The position numbers and the translations under genes are program-made. This document shows, one piece after another, positions 28,425 through 37,500 of a stretch of 64,000 nucleotides of DNA. This DNA comes from a virus. The stretch covers positions 32,001 through 96,000 of the IMG/VR virus record IMGVR_UViG_3300030109_005647; one strand, written 5' to 3'. The notes under the pieces were generated by a model, which was given only the letters and a program-made list of their open reading frames with translations, was not told the DNA's origin and made no database searches. Positions within the stretch are counted from its first letter, which is position 1. Every line of letters starts with the position of its first letter.

Positions 28425-31112
28425 TTACTTGTTCTCTAATTGCTTCTTAAGTGAAGCGATCTGTGCGGACTGCTCTTGGATAGCAGAAACAAGGATAGCG
28501 GATAGACGACCGTAATCGACACCGTAGAGACCCTCATCTGTACCGTGAACAGCTTGTGGCACAACTTGCTTAAGCTCTTGCGCCATGAAACCGAAGTCTC
28601 TGGAACCGTCCTTCTTCCAAGTGAAGTTAACAGCCTTAAGGTTGTTAACAGTCTCAAGACCGTTATCGATAGCGGTAACGTCAGTCTTAAGTCTTTCATC
28701 AGAGTAAGTTACGAAAGCTGCAGCACGAATCTTGTTCTGAGCATTAGAGCCATCAGCAACGTCAACAGCGTACTCACTAGTTGCATCACCACCAAGCTGT
28801 AGCCAAGTTACGCTTGAAGCATCAGTAAACTTGAGACGGTGATCAGCAGCAACGTACTCCATCTTCTCGCTGGCAGCGCCACCGTGGAATGTTACGTCTT
28901 TACCAGAACCATCAGCACCGAAAGCACTTGTGTCGTTGAAGTGAAGACCAGCAGAACCACCGTCGAATCTAACCACGTTAGCAGCGGATACGAACTGGAT
29001 GCTACCATCATCGTCATCACCAAAAGTTACTTTCTTGTCATCTTGCACAAGAAGACCCTCGTAGAACTCTGCCTCTTTGTGTAAGAAGATACCCTCTTGA
29101 CCATTTGTAGTATCGAATACCATGTAGTTATCCGAACCTTCTTTGATCTCTAGAGCAGCAGAGCGGTTGTCAGTTAAGCTAAGATCAATGTCTGTGCCAT
29201 CAGCAGAAATGCTATCAAGCGCAATGTTACCAACGTTAGTGATGTTACCATCGCGAACACTTAGTGAAGTAACAGTAGCAGCGCCGAAAGCAACTGTACC
29301 AGCTTGAATGCCGTATTGACCGAAATCTGCAGAGCCACTGAAGCGTAGACCGTTTGCCGTACCAGACATCTCTAAGATGTTATCAGCCGAAATGTACTTA
29401 AGGTGACTCTCGTTACCATTGCTACCAAGGTTAAGAACCTGATCATCTTCGATTGAAGCGCCCATCGCAAAGGATGCTTGCTTGCCAACCTGGATGTATT
29501 CTTGACCGTCTGTGGTAACAAACTTCATGTAAGAAGTTCCACCCTGGGTGATATCAAGCGCAGCGGCTTGGTTATCTGGAAGGTTAAGATCGATATCGGC
29601 ACCATCAGCAGAAATGCTGTCAAGAGCAATGTCACCGACGTTTGTGATATTACCATCGGAAACGCTTAGTGAAGTACCAACGAGAGCAGCGAAAGTACCT
29701 GCAGCAGCAGAGTTAGCACCGATAACAGTACCATCGATTGCACCACTGTCTACATTGATGTTAGTGATTGCTTGGTTATTTGCGTCAAGAGCAGCACCAA
29801 GTTGATCAGCGCGAAGCTCGTCAACGTAAGCAACACCGTCAAGGTAAAGATCCTTGAACTCAGCACCAGAAGCACCTAAGTCAACATCATTGTCTGTCTC
29901 TGGACGTAGAACACCGTCTTGGAGGCGAACCTCAGTTGTGCCACCAATGTTAAAGTCAAGAGCGCTATTAGCGTGATCATAAAGAACAGCAGCGTGACCA
30001 GCGGTGCTAGCACCACCACCGATTCTAAGACCACCACCATCAGCAAGAGCCGAAGAAGCGGAAAGGGCAGCAATAATTCTTCTATCAGAAACCTCAAGGT
30101 CAGTAGCTGTTGCAGTTACACTATTAATTGTGTTAACGTCAAGAACGTCAATTTGAGCGTAAGTAGCAGTCAGCGACGTAATAGTACCAACAGCTTTGTT
30201 AGCATCAAGAACGAGAGCCTTGCTAGCAGCAGCGGTACCAGCGGTAACACCGTCGAGGTAGCCAAGTTCTGTAGCATCAAGAGTTGTTGAATCAAGCGTG
30301 AAGCTTGTGTCAGCAGAAAGAGTACCGTTAACGGTAAGAGCACCGTCAGCGAGTGACATTAGGTCAGTATCAGAGTCACAACCAATGGTTGAACCATCGT
30401 CAACTGCTAATGACTTAAGTGCAGTGTCGCCATCTGCATCAACTGTGAAACCAGTCATTGTGACGGTTCCAGCGGTCATATCACCAGTCATGGTGAGGTT
30501 GCGAAGACCGCTTGCGTCCTTGTTTGAATCAAGAACAAGTGCCTTGTTAGCAGCAGCAGTACCATCGGTAATGCCGTCAAGCTTCTCAAGGTCAGTCTCG
30601 TTAAGATCAGCAGAACCAATAATAAACGAAGTGCCGGCAGTGACTGCACCAGTAGCAGTTACGTGACGGAAACCAGAAGCGTCTTTGTTAGCGTCAACAA
30701 CGACTGCTTTGCTGGCAGCAACGGTACCGTTGGTGATACCATCTAGTTTTTCCATATCTGTCTCATTGAGATCAGCGGAGCCGATGATAAACGAACCTTC
30801 TGCTGTGACGTTGCGGAAGCCGGAAGCATCCTTATTTGAGTCAACAACAACTGCTTTGTCAGCAGCAACGGTACCGTTGGTGATACCGTCAAGTTTTTCG
30901 AGGTCAGCCTCGGACATATCGGCAGAACCGATGATGAACGAACCAACAGCAGTAACGGAACCTGCTGCAGATAGACCAACATTTGTACGGACTAACTCAG
31001 AGCCTGCGGCGCCTGAGAGATAAATTGAACCGCTCGCCGCTGGTGCGGTGGCGGTGTAGCGTTGTAAGTCAATATACTTTCCATATTCACTTACTGTAGC
31101 GGGACTAGACAT
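28425..31112 (-). CDS. repeat-rich virion fibre protein with C-terminal S74 intramolecular chaperone
   Basis: YSDERLKTDV...FGFMAQEL...YGVDYGRL...IQEQ S74 motif; internal repeats; AAGGAGG SD. Confidence 0.8.
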   Translation of the reverse strand: MSSPATVSEYGKYIDLQRYTATAPAASGSIYLSGAAGSELVRTNVGLSAAGSVTAVGSFIIGSADMSEADLEKLDGITNGTVAADKAVVVDSNKDASGFRNVTAEGSFIIGSADLNETDMEKLDGITNGTVAASKAVVVDANKDASGFRHVTATGAVTAGTSFIIGSADLNETDLEKLDGITDGTAAANKALVLDSNKDASGLRNLTMTGDMTAGTVTMTGFTVDADGDTALKSLAVDDGSTIGCDSDTDLMSLADGALTVNGTLSADTSFTLDSTTLDATELGYLDGVTAGTAAASKALVLDANKAVGTITSLTATYAQIDVLDVNTINSVTATATDLEVSDRRIIAALSASSALADGGGLRIGGGASTAGHAAVLYDHANSALDFNIGGTTEVRLQDGVLRPETDNDVDLGASGAEFKDLYLDGVAYVDELRADQLGAALDANNQAITNINVDSGAIDGTVIGANSAAAGTFAALVGTSLSVSDGNITNVGDIALDSISADGADIDLNLPDNQAAALDITQGGTSYMKFVTTDGQEYIQVGKQASFAMGASIEDDQVLNLGSNGNESHLKYISADNILEMSGTANGLRFSGSADFGQYGIQAGTVAFGAATVTSLSVRDGNITNVGNIALDSISADGTDIDLSLTDNRSAALEIKEGSDNYMVFDTTNGQEGIFLHKEAEFYEGLLVQDDKKVTFGDDDDGSIQFVSAANVVRFDGGSAGLHFNDTSAFGADGSGKDVTFHGGAASEKMEYVAADHRLKFTDASSVTWLQLGGDATSEYAVDVADGSNAQNKIRAAAFVTYSDERLKTDVTAIDNGLETVNNLKAVNFTWKKDGSRDFGFMAQELKQVVPQAVHGTDEGLYGVDYGRLSAILVSAIQEQSAQIASLKKQLENK
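29095..29675 (-). repeat. two ~59-codon direct repeats inside the fibre gene
   Basis: TSLSV(S/R)DGNITNVG(D/N)IALDSISADG.DIDL.L.DN..AAL.I..G...YM.F.TT.GQE at about 29500-29675 and 29095-29270. Confidence 0.85.
30486..30944 (-). repeat. three tandem ~49-55-codon repeats inside the fibre gene
   Basis: SFIIGSAD..E.D.EKLDGIT.GT.AA.KA.V.D.NKDASG.R occurs three times; a degenerate fourth copy follows. Confidence 0.9.
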
Positions 31113-31142
31113 ATTTTAAAATCCTCCTTATAAGTCTAAATC

Positions 31143-31195
31143 TCGGGTGGGGCTTAATCACACCCGATACCGGGTGGTACGAAATCACACCCGGT
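31143..31195 (-). promoter_or_regulatory. tandem twin-hairpin leader element
   Basis: ACCGGGTG-TGATTTCGTAC-CACCCGGT, then A, then TCGGGTG-TGATTAAGCCC-CACCCGA, between the late motif and the SD. Confidence 0.65.
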
Positions 31196-31200
31196 CTAGA

Positions 31201-31207
31201 TAAGTAG
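31201..31207 (-). promoter_or_regulatory. late-promoter-like motif CTACTTA (fibre gene)
   Basis: 5 nt upstream of the twin hairpins. Confidence 0.6.
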
Positions 31208-31211
31208 AGGT

Positions 31212-32144
31212 CTAAGTCGCTTCTGTCCCTTGTTTAAGACACTTTATTTCGTCTTTTAAATTATCTATTTGATTTTGTTGAGATTTAATTCCTTCAAGGA
31301 GGATAGGTATAATACGAGTGTAGTCCATGCTCATGGCTTGAGGAGAATTTTTATCATTTTCGTTGTCCCACTCTACAATAATAGGTAGTTCTTTTCCAAC
31401 CTCTTCAGCAATAAACCCGTAATCTTTTTGATCATTTTTTTTCCACGTAAACGTGACACCGCGAAGGTTTTGTATAGTTTTTATAGGATTATCAATAACT
31501 TCTACGTCTTTTTTGAAACGCTGCGAAGAATAGGTCATATAGGCGTTTGCTTTAATTTTTCCACTGTTATCTGCTACATCTGGTAGTGTTATGCCGTGTG
31601 TTACGCCACCAATTGGTATTCCTACGCCTATTTTTTGATCTACATACACGTTAGATCCAGATAGAACAATACCATGAGCAGATCCTGATAGCTCTAAAAA
31701 ATTATCGGTTGCGTCTTTAAATCTTACGAAAGAATCATTATCGTCGCCAAAGAAAAGTTTGATATCATCTCCAAACTTCATGTTGGTTGCACCGCCACCA
31801 TTTTGAGACGGCACGATTTCAATACCACCAGCTATTTGAAGAGGTGAGGCGCCTTCCAGTGTTCCACTAATTTGAACCGTGCTGCCTGATAGCGTTAAGC
31901 CATCATTGCCATCATATTCAATAGACGCATTTGAGCTATTTCCAAAGCGTAATTTAGAATTATCTGCTAATTTTATATCAGTGTCGTCAAAAGTTAGCAC
32001 GGAAACTGCTCCGAGTTCTCCATTGTTGTTGAATTGTAATTGATTGTCTGAGCCAGCGGGTTTAGCTAAAACTGTTGTTGCAGAGTCATCTTTTACTATT
32101 TTAAGCAATCTTCTTCTGGACCACTTTCTTCTACCTCTACCCAC
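31212..32144 (-). CDS. short fibre-like protein with S74 chaperone domain
   Basis: YSSQRFKKDV...LRGVTFTWK...YGFIAEEV...MDYTRIIP.L.EGIK; basic N-terminus. Confidence 0.75.
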   Translation of the reverse strand: MGRGRRKWSRRRLLKIVKDDSATTVLAKPAGSDNQLQFNNNGELGAVSVLTFDDTDIKLADNSKLRFGNSSNASIEYDGNDGLTLSGSTVQISGTLEGASPLQIAGGIEIVPSQNGGGATNMKFGDDIKLFFGDDNDSFVRFKDATDNFLELSGSAHGIVLSGSNVYVDQKIGVGIPIGGVTHGITLPDVADNSGKIKANAYMTYSSQRFKKDVEVIDNPIKTIQNLRGVTFTWKKNDQKDYGFIAEEVGKELPIIVEWDNENDKNSPQAMSMDYTRIIPILLEGIKSQQNQIDNLKDEIKCLKQGTEAT

Positions 32145-32602
32145 TACTTATTCACTCCTGCGTCCACCGCAAAAACAACGGCTAAGGTTAAACCTATGCC
32201 GACCACTACACCACCCACTGCCCACCAAGTAGAGTAATCTTCTTTACCAGTCGCTATGTCTGATAATCTTTTTATTTCTTCATCTTTGATATCTATTAAT
32301 GTGGTGTGCTTTTCTTGTAAAGCGTCTAGACTAGCTTTTTGAGATTGTATGGTGAGATCTAGTCTTGCCTTTTGTTTACCCAACTCATATTGAAGTTTTA
32401 AATCAAATTGTTCTTCAAGGTATTTTTTATCTGAAAAAACTCTTGCTGCGGCAATATTATCCAACAGCACACCAGTGTAAGGTGCGTGTTCGCCTTTTGA
32501 CAGTCCAGTTATTTTACCTTTTGGAAGGGGATCTTCCGCTAAACAAACTGGGGTATATGCCAATGAAAAGCATAAAACTAGTGCTGTTATTTTACTCAAC
32601 AT
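32144..32602 (-). CDS. secreted coiled-coil protein with C-terminal membrane anchor (spanin-like?)
   Basis: Signal-peptide-like N-terminus, coiled coil, C-terminal WWAVGGVVVGIGLTLAVVFAV. Confidence 0.5.
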   Translation of the reverse strand: MLSKITALVLCFSLAYTPVCLAEDPLPKGKITGLSKGEHAPYTGVLLDNIAAARVFSDKKYLEEQFDLKLQYELGKQKARLDLTIQSQKASLDALQEKHTTLIDIKDEEIKRLSDIATGKEDYSTWWAVGGVVVGIGLTLAVVFAVDAGVNK

Positions 32603-32996
32603 AGTTTAGCCCATATCTTTCTGCTAAAACTTTTGCTAAATCATCAGGTCTGTCGTTATACTCTTTCACTATCTTTTTTATTTCCTGTTTTTTCTTTTTG
32701 CTTATTGCCATGTTTTTATCTTTATAGTCTTTCTCTAGCTGTAATAAGATAGTGTCATACTTTTTTAAAATGTTGTCTCTTGTCTCAATTTCTTTTCTAT
32801 GTGTGTCTTCTATCGCTTTTATCTGATCTTCATAACTTTTAGAACGAATCTCTAATACGTCTAATGCTTTTGTCTTATTTCTAAACAAAAACCATAAAAC
32901 CAGGGTGTAAATAATAACGGCTGGAACATACCAGTTGTGCTTTAACCAAGCCCAAGTTTTCTTTAAAGTTGATTTTAAAGTCAATAAAGTTAACAT
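32592..32996 (-). CDS. membrane-anchored coiled-coil protein (i-spanin-like?)
   Basis: N-terminal TM (WYVPAVIIYTLVLWFLF) then coiled coil; start re-called at the TAATG overlap at 32996. Confidence 0.5.
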   Translation of the reverse strand: MLTLLTLKSTLKKTWAWLKHNWYVPAVIIYTLVLWFLFRNKTKALDVLEIRSKSYEDQIKAIEDTHRKEIETRDNILKKYDTILLQLEKDYKDKNMAISKKKKQEIKKIVKEYNDRPDDLAKVLAERYGLNYVE

Positions 32997-33214
32997 TACT
33001 TTCCATGCTTCCATGTTGCAGCTATATCCGCGATGCCTTGGATACCAATATAAGCAAGTGAAACGGCTACCCAGTCTTCACTGGTTAGAGCACCACCTAC
33101 TAACATAAAATAAGTAGCAGTCATCCAGACCATAAGCTTTCTTGAAAGCAATCTTCCTATTGTTTTATCTAAAAAAGGTTTTACTTGTTTTGCTTGCTCT
33201 TGAATCTCTGTCAT
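32996..33214 (-). CDS. small two-TM holin-like protein
   Basis: 72 aa; SRKL followed by two hydrophobic segments; AGGAG SD. Confidence 0.5.
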   Translation of the reverse strand: MTEIQEQAKQVKPFLDKTIGRLLSRKLMVWMTATYFMLVGGALTSEDWVAVSLAYIGIQGIADIAATWKHGK

Positions 33215-33224
33215 CTTTTATCTC

Positions 33225-34517
33225 CTATGTTTCTGCTTTATATGGTTTTCCATCTGGAGTTTTTCCTCTTATATTTGCTGGTCCGGGGATTGTTACATAG
33301 TAAGGTGCTTGTCTATTTGACTCTGATCTCGGAAAAGCCCTAGTGAATAATTTATTTGCGGTGGAGTGTATTGTAAAACTCCCACCAAATTTTCTAGAAA
33401 AATCTTCCCCATTGTCATCATCTTGCCAATAGGGAATTGGTATAAATTCAAAAGCACCCATGTCGTATGCAGCACCCTGCGGTCTGCTTGTTCCATTAAA
33501 GTCGACTGTAACAGAAGCGATTGTTTTACCTGTGTCAATACAAGGAGATCCCTCTTGAAGTTGAAGCCCCTCGGGAAAACTTGATTCATTAACAAATTGC
33601 GGATCAGCTATGACCTCGCCCCTTCCATCTGTTGCTCCCGCACCGGTGTTGTCTTTTATTGGTCCATTATCCGTACCAAAGGTACCAGCGACACAATTAT
33701 TTGAATACGAAAGGTCTGCATCTATTCCTGTTAAGGCAACGTTTACACTACCACCGTTTATATTTTTGATAATTGTATTTTCAACTACGCCGGCGCGAAT
33801 GATTGTGGTGCCGCTGTTCCCGCGATCCACCAATATCGTACAATTTCTTACTATAAAGTTATGATCGTTTCCGCTGCTGTCGTCAATATAGTTATTAGAT
33901 GTTGTTGATGCAGTGTTATGAAAAATAGAATTTTTAAATAATACGTGTTGGTCGTCACCACCGTTATTAACAATTATCGTGTCTGCACATGTAGCCTTAA
34001 CTTCACAGCGATTCAATAGATTAGGTATATCAGCCGTGGCTCGTCCCGGATCATTGAAAATGTTAACATTTGTCATTTGTTGAAATGTACAATCGGTAAA
34101 TTGTATTGTCGGATTGCCATTGCTGACGGTGTTGGTTGTGCATATATCATTGCCACTTCCATTAAAGTCACGAAAAGTAATGCCTTGAAAAGCGATTACT
34201 GTACTGGCTGGTGCGTTTGCCCCATTAAAAGCTGGTCCTGTGCTAGAGGCTCGGGCGCCTGCACCTGTAAATGCGGGGGTTTGTCCTTCGGCTGCAACGA
34301 AGTTAATGCTTCTAGATGCGAAACATCTACTTTGGGTGTTGCTAAGTCCTGAAAGCGTTTCGCCTGGATTGTAAGTATTAGAGTCTAATATTCGTATTGT
34401 GCCCCCGTCTGAAGGATCCAAGCGAGCTATTCCCGCTCGTAGACTTTTTACAGGTCGGGCTTCGGCACCATCAAAGCTATCATTACCACTAGTATCTGAA
34501 ACAAATATTGTAGTCAT
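33225..34517 (-). CDS. right-handed beta-helix (pectin-lyase-like) protein
   Basis: IFVSDTSGNDSFDG...PVKSL N-terminus; FxNxxF/N repeats; DPQFV...LQEGSPCIDTG...RPQGAAYDMGAFEF C-terminal motif. Confidence 0.7.
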   Translation of the reverse strand: MTTIFVSDTSGNDSFDGAEARPVKSLRAGIARLDPSDGGTIRILDSNTYNPGETLSGLSNTQSRCFASRSINFVAAEGQTPAFTGAGARASSTGPAFNGANAPASTVIAFQGITFRDFNGSGNDICTTNTVSNGNPTIQFTDCTFQQMTNVNIFNDPGRATADIPNLLNRCEVKATCADTIIVNNGGDDQHVLFKNSIFHNTASTTSNNYIDDSSGNDHNFIVRNCTILVDRGNSGTTIIRAGVVENTIIKNINGGSVNVALTGIDADLSYSNNCVAGTFGTDNGPIKDNTGAGATDGRGEVIADPQFVNESSFPEGLQLQEGSPCIDTGKTIASVTVDFNGTSRPQGAAYDMGAFEFIPIPYWQDDDNGEDFSRKFGGSFTIHSTANKLFTRAFPRSESNRQAPYYVTIPGPANIRGKTPDGKPYKAET

Positions 34518-34525
34518 TTAGAACC

Positions 34526-37500
34526 TCAAATCATAATGTGTGCGAACCCCTCTTTTTTATCAATCGTGATTTGTTGGTCCACACAATCTTTAAGATGGTC
34601 AAGGTGAGAAATCAAAATGACCGTTTTAAAGTATGTCTTAATTAGTTCTAAAATTGAAATAAAACCATCCATATTCTCGGCATCTAACGCAGTCCCCGGC
34701 TCATCAAGAATAAAGACGTTAGACTTTGGAAGAGATGATACAGATAGAAGGGCAAGACGAATAGCCATTGCTGCTAGCGTCTTCTCTGCGCCTGAGCCCA
34801 TTTCAATAGGGCGACGATCATATTTTGGATGCTTAATAAATATATTAAGTCTTTTTTCTTCTGCCTCAAAGAAAATCTCAAAGTCTACAACGTTGGCTAA
34901 GATGCGAGACATTTCATCATTGATAATAGGCAGCTTCTTTTTGATAATGTCATAAGCAATGCCGTTAGGGTGCATACACTTCATTAGAAGGTCAAAGGCT
35001 GTCATCTCGTTTTGTAGATTATGTAGCCATTCTTTCTTTTCTTGTAGTGTCTTAACCTTTTGAGCTAGTGAGCCATTCTCTCTGTGGAGTTTTAGCAACT
35101 CGTCTTGGCAGCATTTTATATCCTTTTGTTTTGTTAATAAAGCTTTCGCTACTTTTGCCAACTCCAAAGTAAACAATTCTTTATTTTCTATAAGGTCTTT
35201 GTTTTTATTATAGTCATTAATCAAAAGGTTGAGCTTCTGAACTTCGTTCTGTGCTGTAAGTATGGAGTTCTCCCACTTACCCTTTTCAAGATCGGTTTTA
35301 AGAACAACTTTTTCAGCTTCTCTTCGCTTCTCCATTAGTTTTTTGTATTTTTCTAGATGTGAGTTTATTTTTTCTTCGTCAGTCTTATTCAGTAGACTTT
35401 CTGCTTTATGCTTTTGCTCGTTTATCGATTGAACTTGTCCCACGAGATCTACTAGGGTTTCTTTCGAAGCGTGAGCGTCTTTGATAAACTTACAAGACTT
35501 GAACTTATCTCCACAAGGAACATCGCCAAGAAGCTTTACTTTTTTCTCGTTTAGTTTTTTAAGATTCTCTGCGTTTTCTAGCTCCATTAGAAGATTGCTT
35601 ATTTTGAGAAGTTTTTCGTCTATTTCGTCTTTTTGATTTTTCACGGAGACTATATCAAAAGATTCCTCAAACTTCCCAATCTTGTCTAAAAGTTCTTTCT
35701 TTTCAGCAAGTATTATATCACACTGACTAACACTGGTGTTGTAAGTCTGGATATTCTGTTCTTGTTTAGTTTTTTTCTGTAGAACTTCGTCAATGTTAAT
35801 GACTTCTGCCGGAATAGAACTTATCTTTGTTTCAAGATCTTTTTTGTCCATTTGTAGAGACATTAACTCGCCGTTTAGTTTCTCACAGGTTTGGTTTTGC
35901 TCCTGTATGTTGTTTTCAGAAAACATCATTTGTTTTTCTATTTCATAGATTTCGCTATCATAGTCAATATCTTCTGCTTTACGGAGTGCGCCGCGAAGAT
36001 CTGTTGCCTCGTCTTTGATCAACTTATACTTTTTCTCAAAGAACTGGAGGTCTAGAAACTTTGCGAGTGCTTCTTTCCTTTTTGTAGAACCATCGTTGAT
36101 AAAACGAAGAGAGTCAATCTGCGAAGACATAGAAGTCATTAGGAAATCATCGACGTTGCCAAAATGATTTCTGATAATAGCGTCAGTTTCATTTCTAGTC
36201 GTGCCGTTGAGAATGGTTTCTTCTTCCGTTACAATATCTTTTACCTTAAATAAAATATCTGTTTTGGCTTCTACTGTTTCGTCGCCTCTAAGTTTTTTGA
36301 TATACTTTTCGCTTTTGCGTTCGATTGTATAACTTTTAGGTCCAACATCGATTGTAACTGAACCAAGAGCTTCTTCTTTGTTTTGATTGATAATGTTGAG
36401 GTTTTTACGTTCGTTCTTGCTTGTTGAGTTGAAGATAGTGTAGAGCATACTATCGACAACTGAGGACTTACCAGAAAAGTTTTTACCAAAAATGCCGATG
36501 ATACCGTTTAACTTATCAAAGTTTATAGAGTTGTCCTCGCCATAGTTAAATAAGTTATTCCACTGCATAGAGCGCAAGTTCCAGTTTATATTGCGCTGAA
36601 CGTCTTCTTTTTCCGCTAAGGCGGTATTACATTTGCGATTTAGTTCATATACCGCTTCTAACTGCTCGTCTGTCGCCTCAAAGTCTTTTAAATACTCTTT
36701 GATAAGTTTTTCTTGAACTGTGACGTCACGTAGATTGTCTTCTACATCGTCAGTTGCCAGATCTTCGACGCTGCCTCTTTGACCAGCAGAGCGGTTTAGA
36801 TAACCAATGCTTTCTGGTTTAAATCTGTGTTTGGCTGCGTCAATAGCTCGTCTCATCGTGCTAACAGGCAGACTATTTTCTGAAACAAGACGAATACGAG
36901 CACCCAAAGGGCAATCTGTATTTTTGGGCAATCGACCAGTTCTAGTTAGATTGATAGTGACGAAAGGCTTTGGATTTGGAATTACGACATGCTTCACCGT
37001 AAAGTTTTCTTTGTCTTGGATATCCCAAATAAGAAAACCTTTATCATTCGTCTCTCCGAAGTTCTGCTGAACAGTAGAACCTGGATACCGTATTTTTCCT
37101 GCGTCGTCTAGTGCTTGATTTGTTTTATGGATGTCGCCTAAAAAGGCGTAGTCGAATTCGTCAAAGATCGATATCTCGTTTTCTCCGTGCTGCATTGTCC
37201 AGCCGACATCCGTGCGGCAATTTGAAATAGACCCGTGATACAGACCAATGTTAATAACATTATAGTCGGTAGGATCTCTCCAATTATCCCTATCAAATAC
37301 GCTAAGAACGTTGAGACATATTTCTTCATTTATTTTTACCTCTCCGCTATTCTTCAACAAGAAGAGGTTTGGAAGATCCAAAGCTTCAACTATTGGAGTA
37401 ATAGCATCTTCTCGGCTACTATTTTTCAAGTTGCCGTCATGGTTTCCAAGTATTATATAGGTCGGTGCGACAGAACTTAACCCACTTAGGAATTCTGAAC

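Noticed and set aside
28425-31112. Diversity-generating retroelement TR/VR pair in the fibre repeats
   Set aside because: The repeats are in-frame coding duplications, the differences do not look adenine-specific by eye, and no reverse transcriptase is in the window.
31143-31195. CRISPR mini-array, tRNA or terminator reading of the twin hairpins
   Set aside because: Only two units separated by 1 nt with no spacer, no cloverleaf and no U-tract on either strand.
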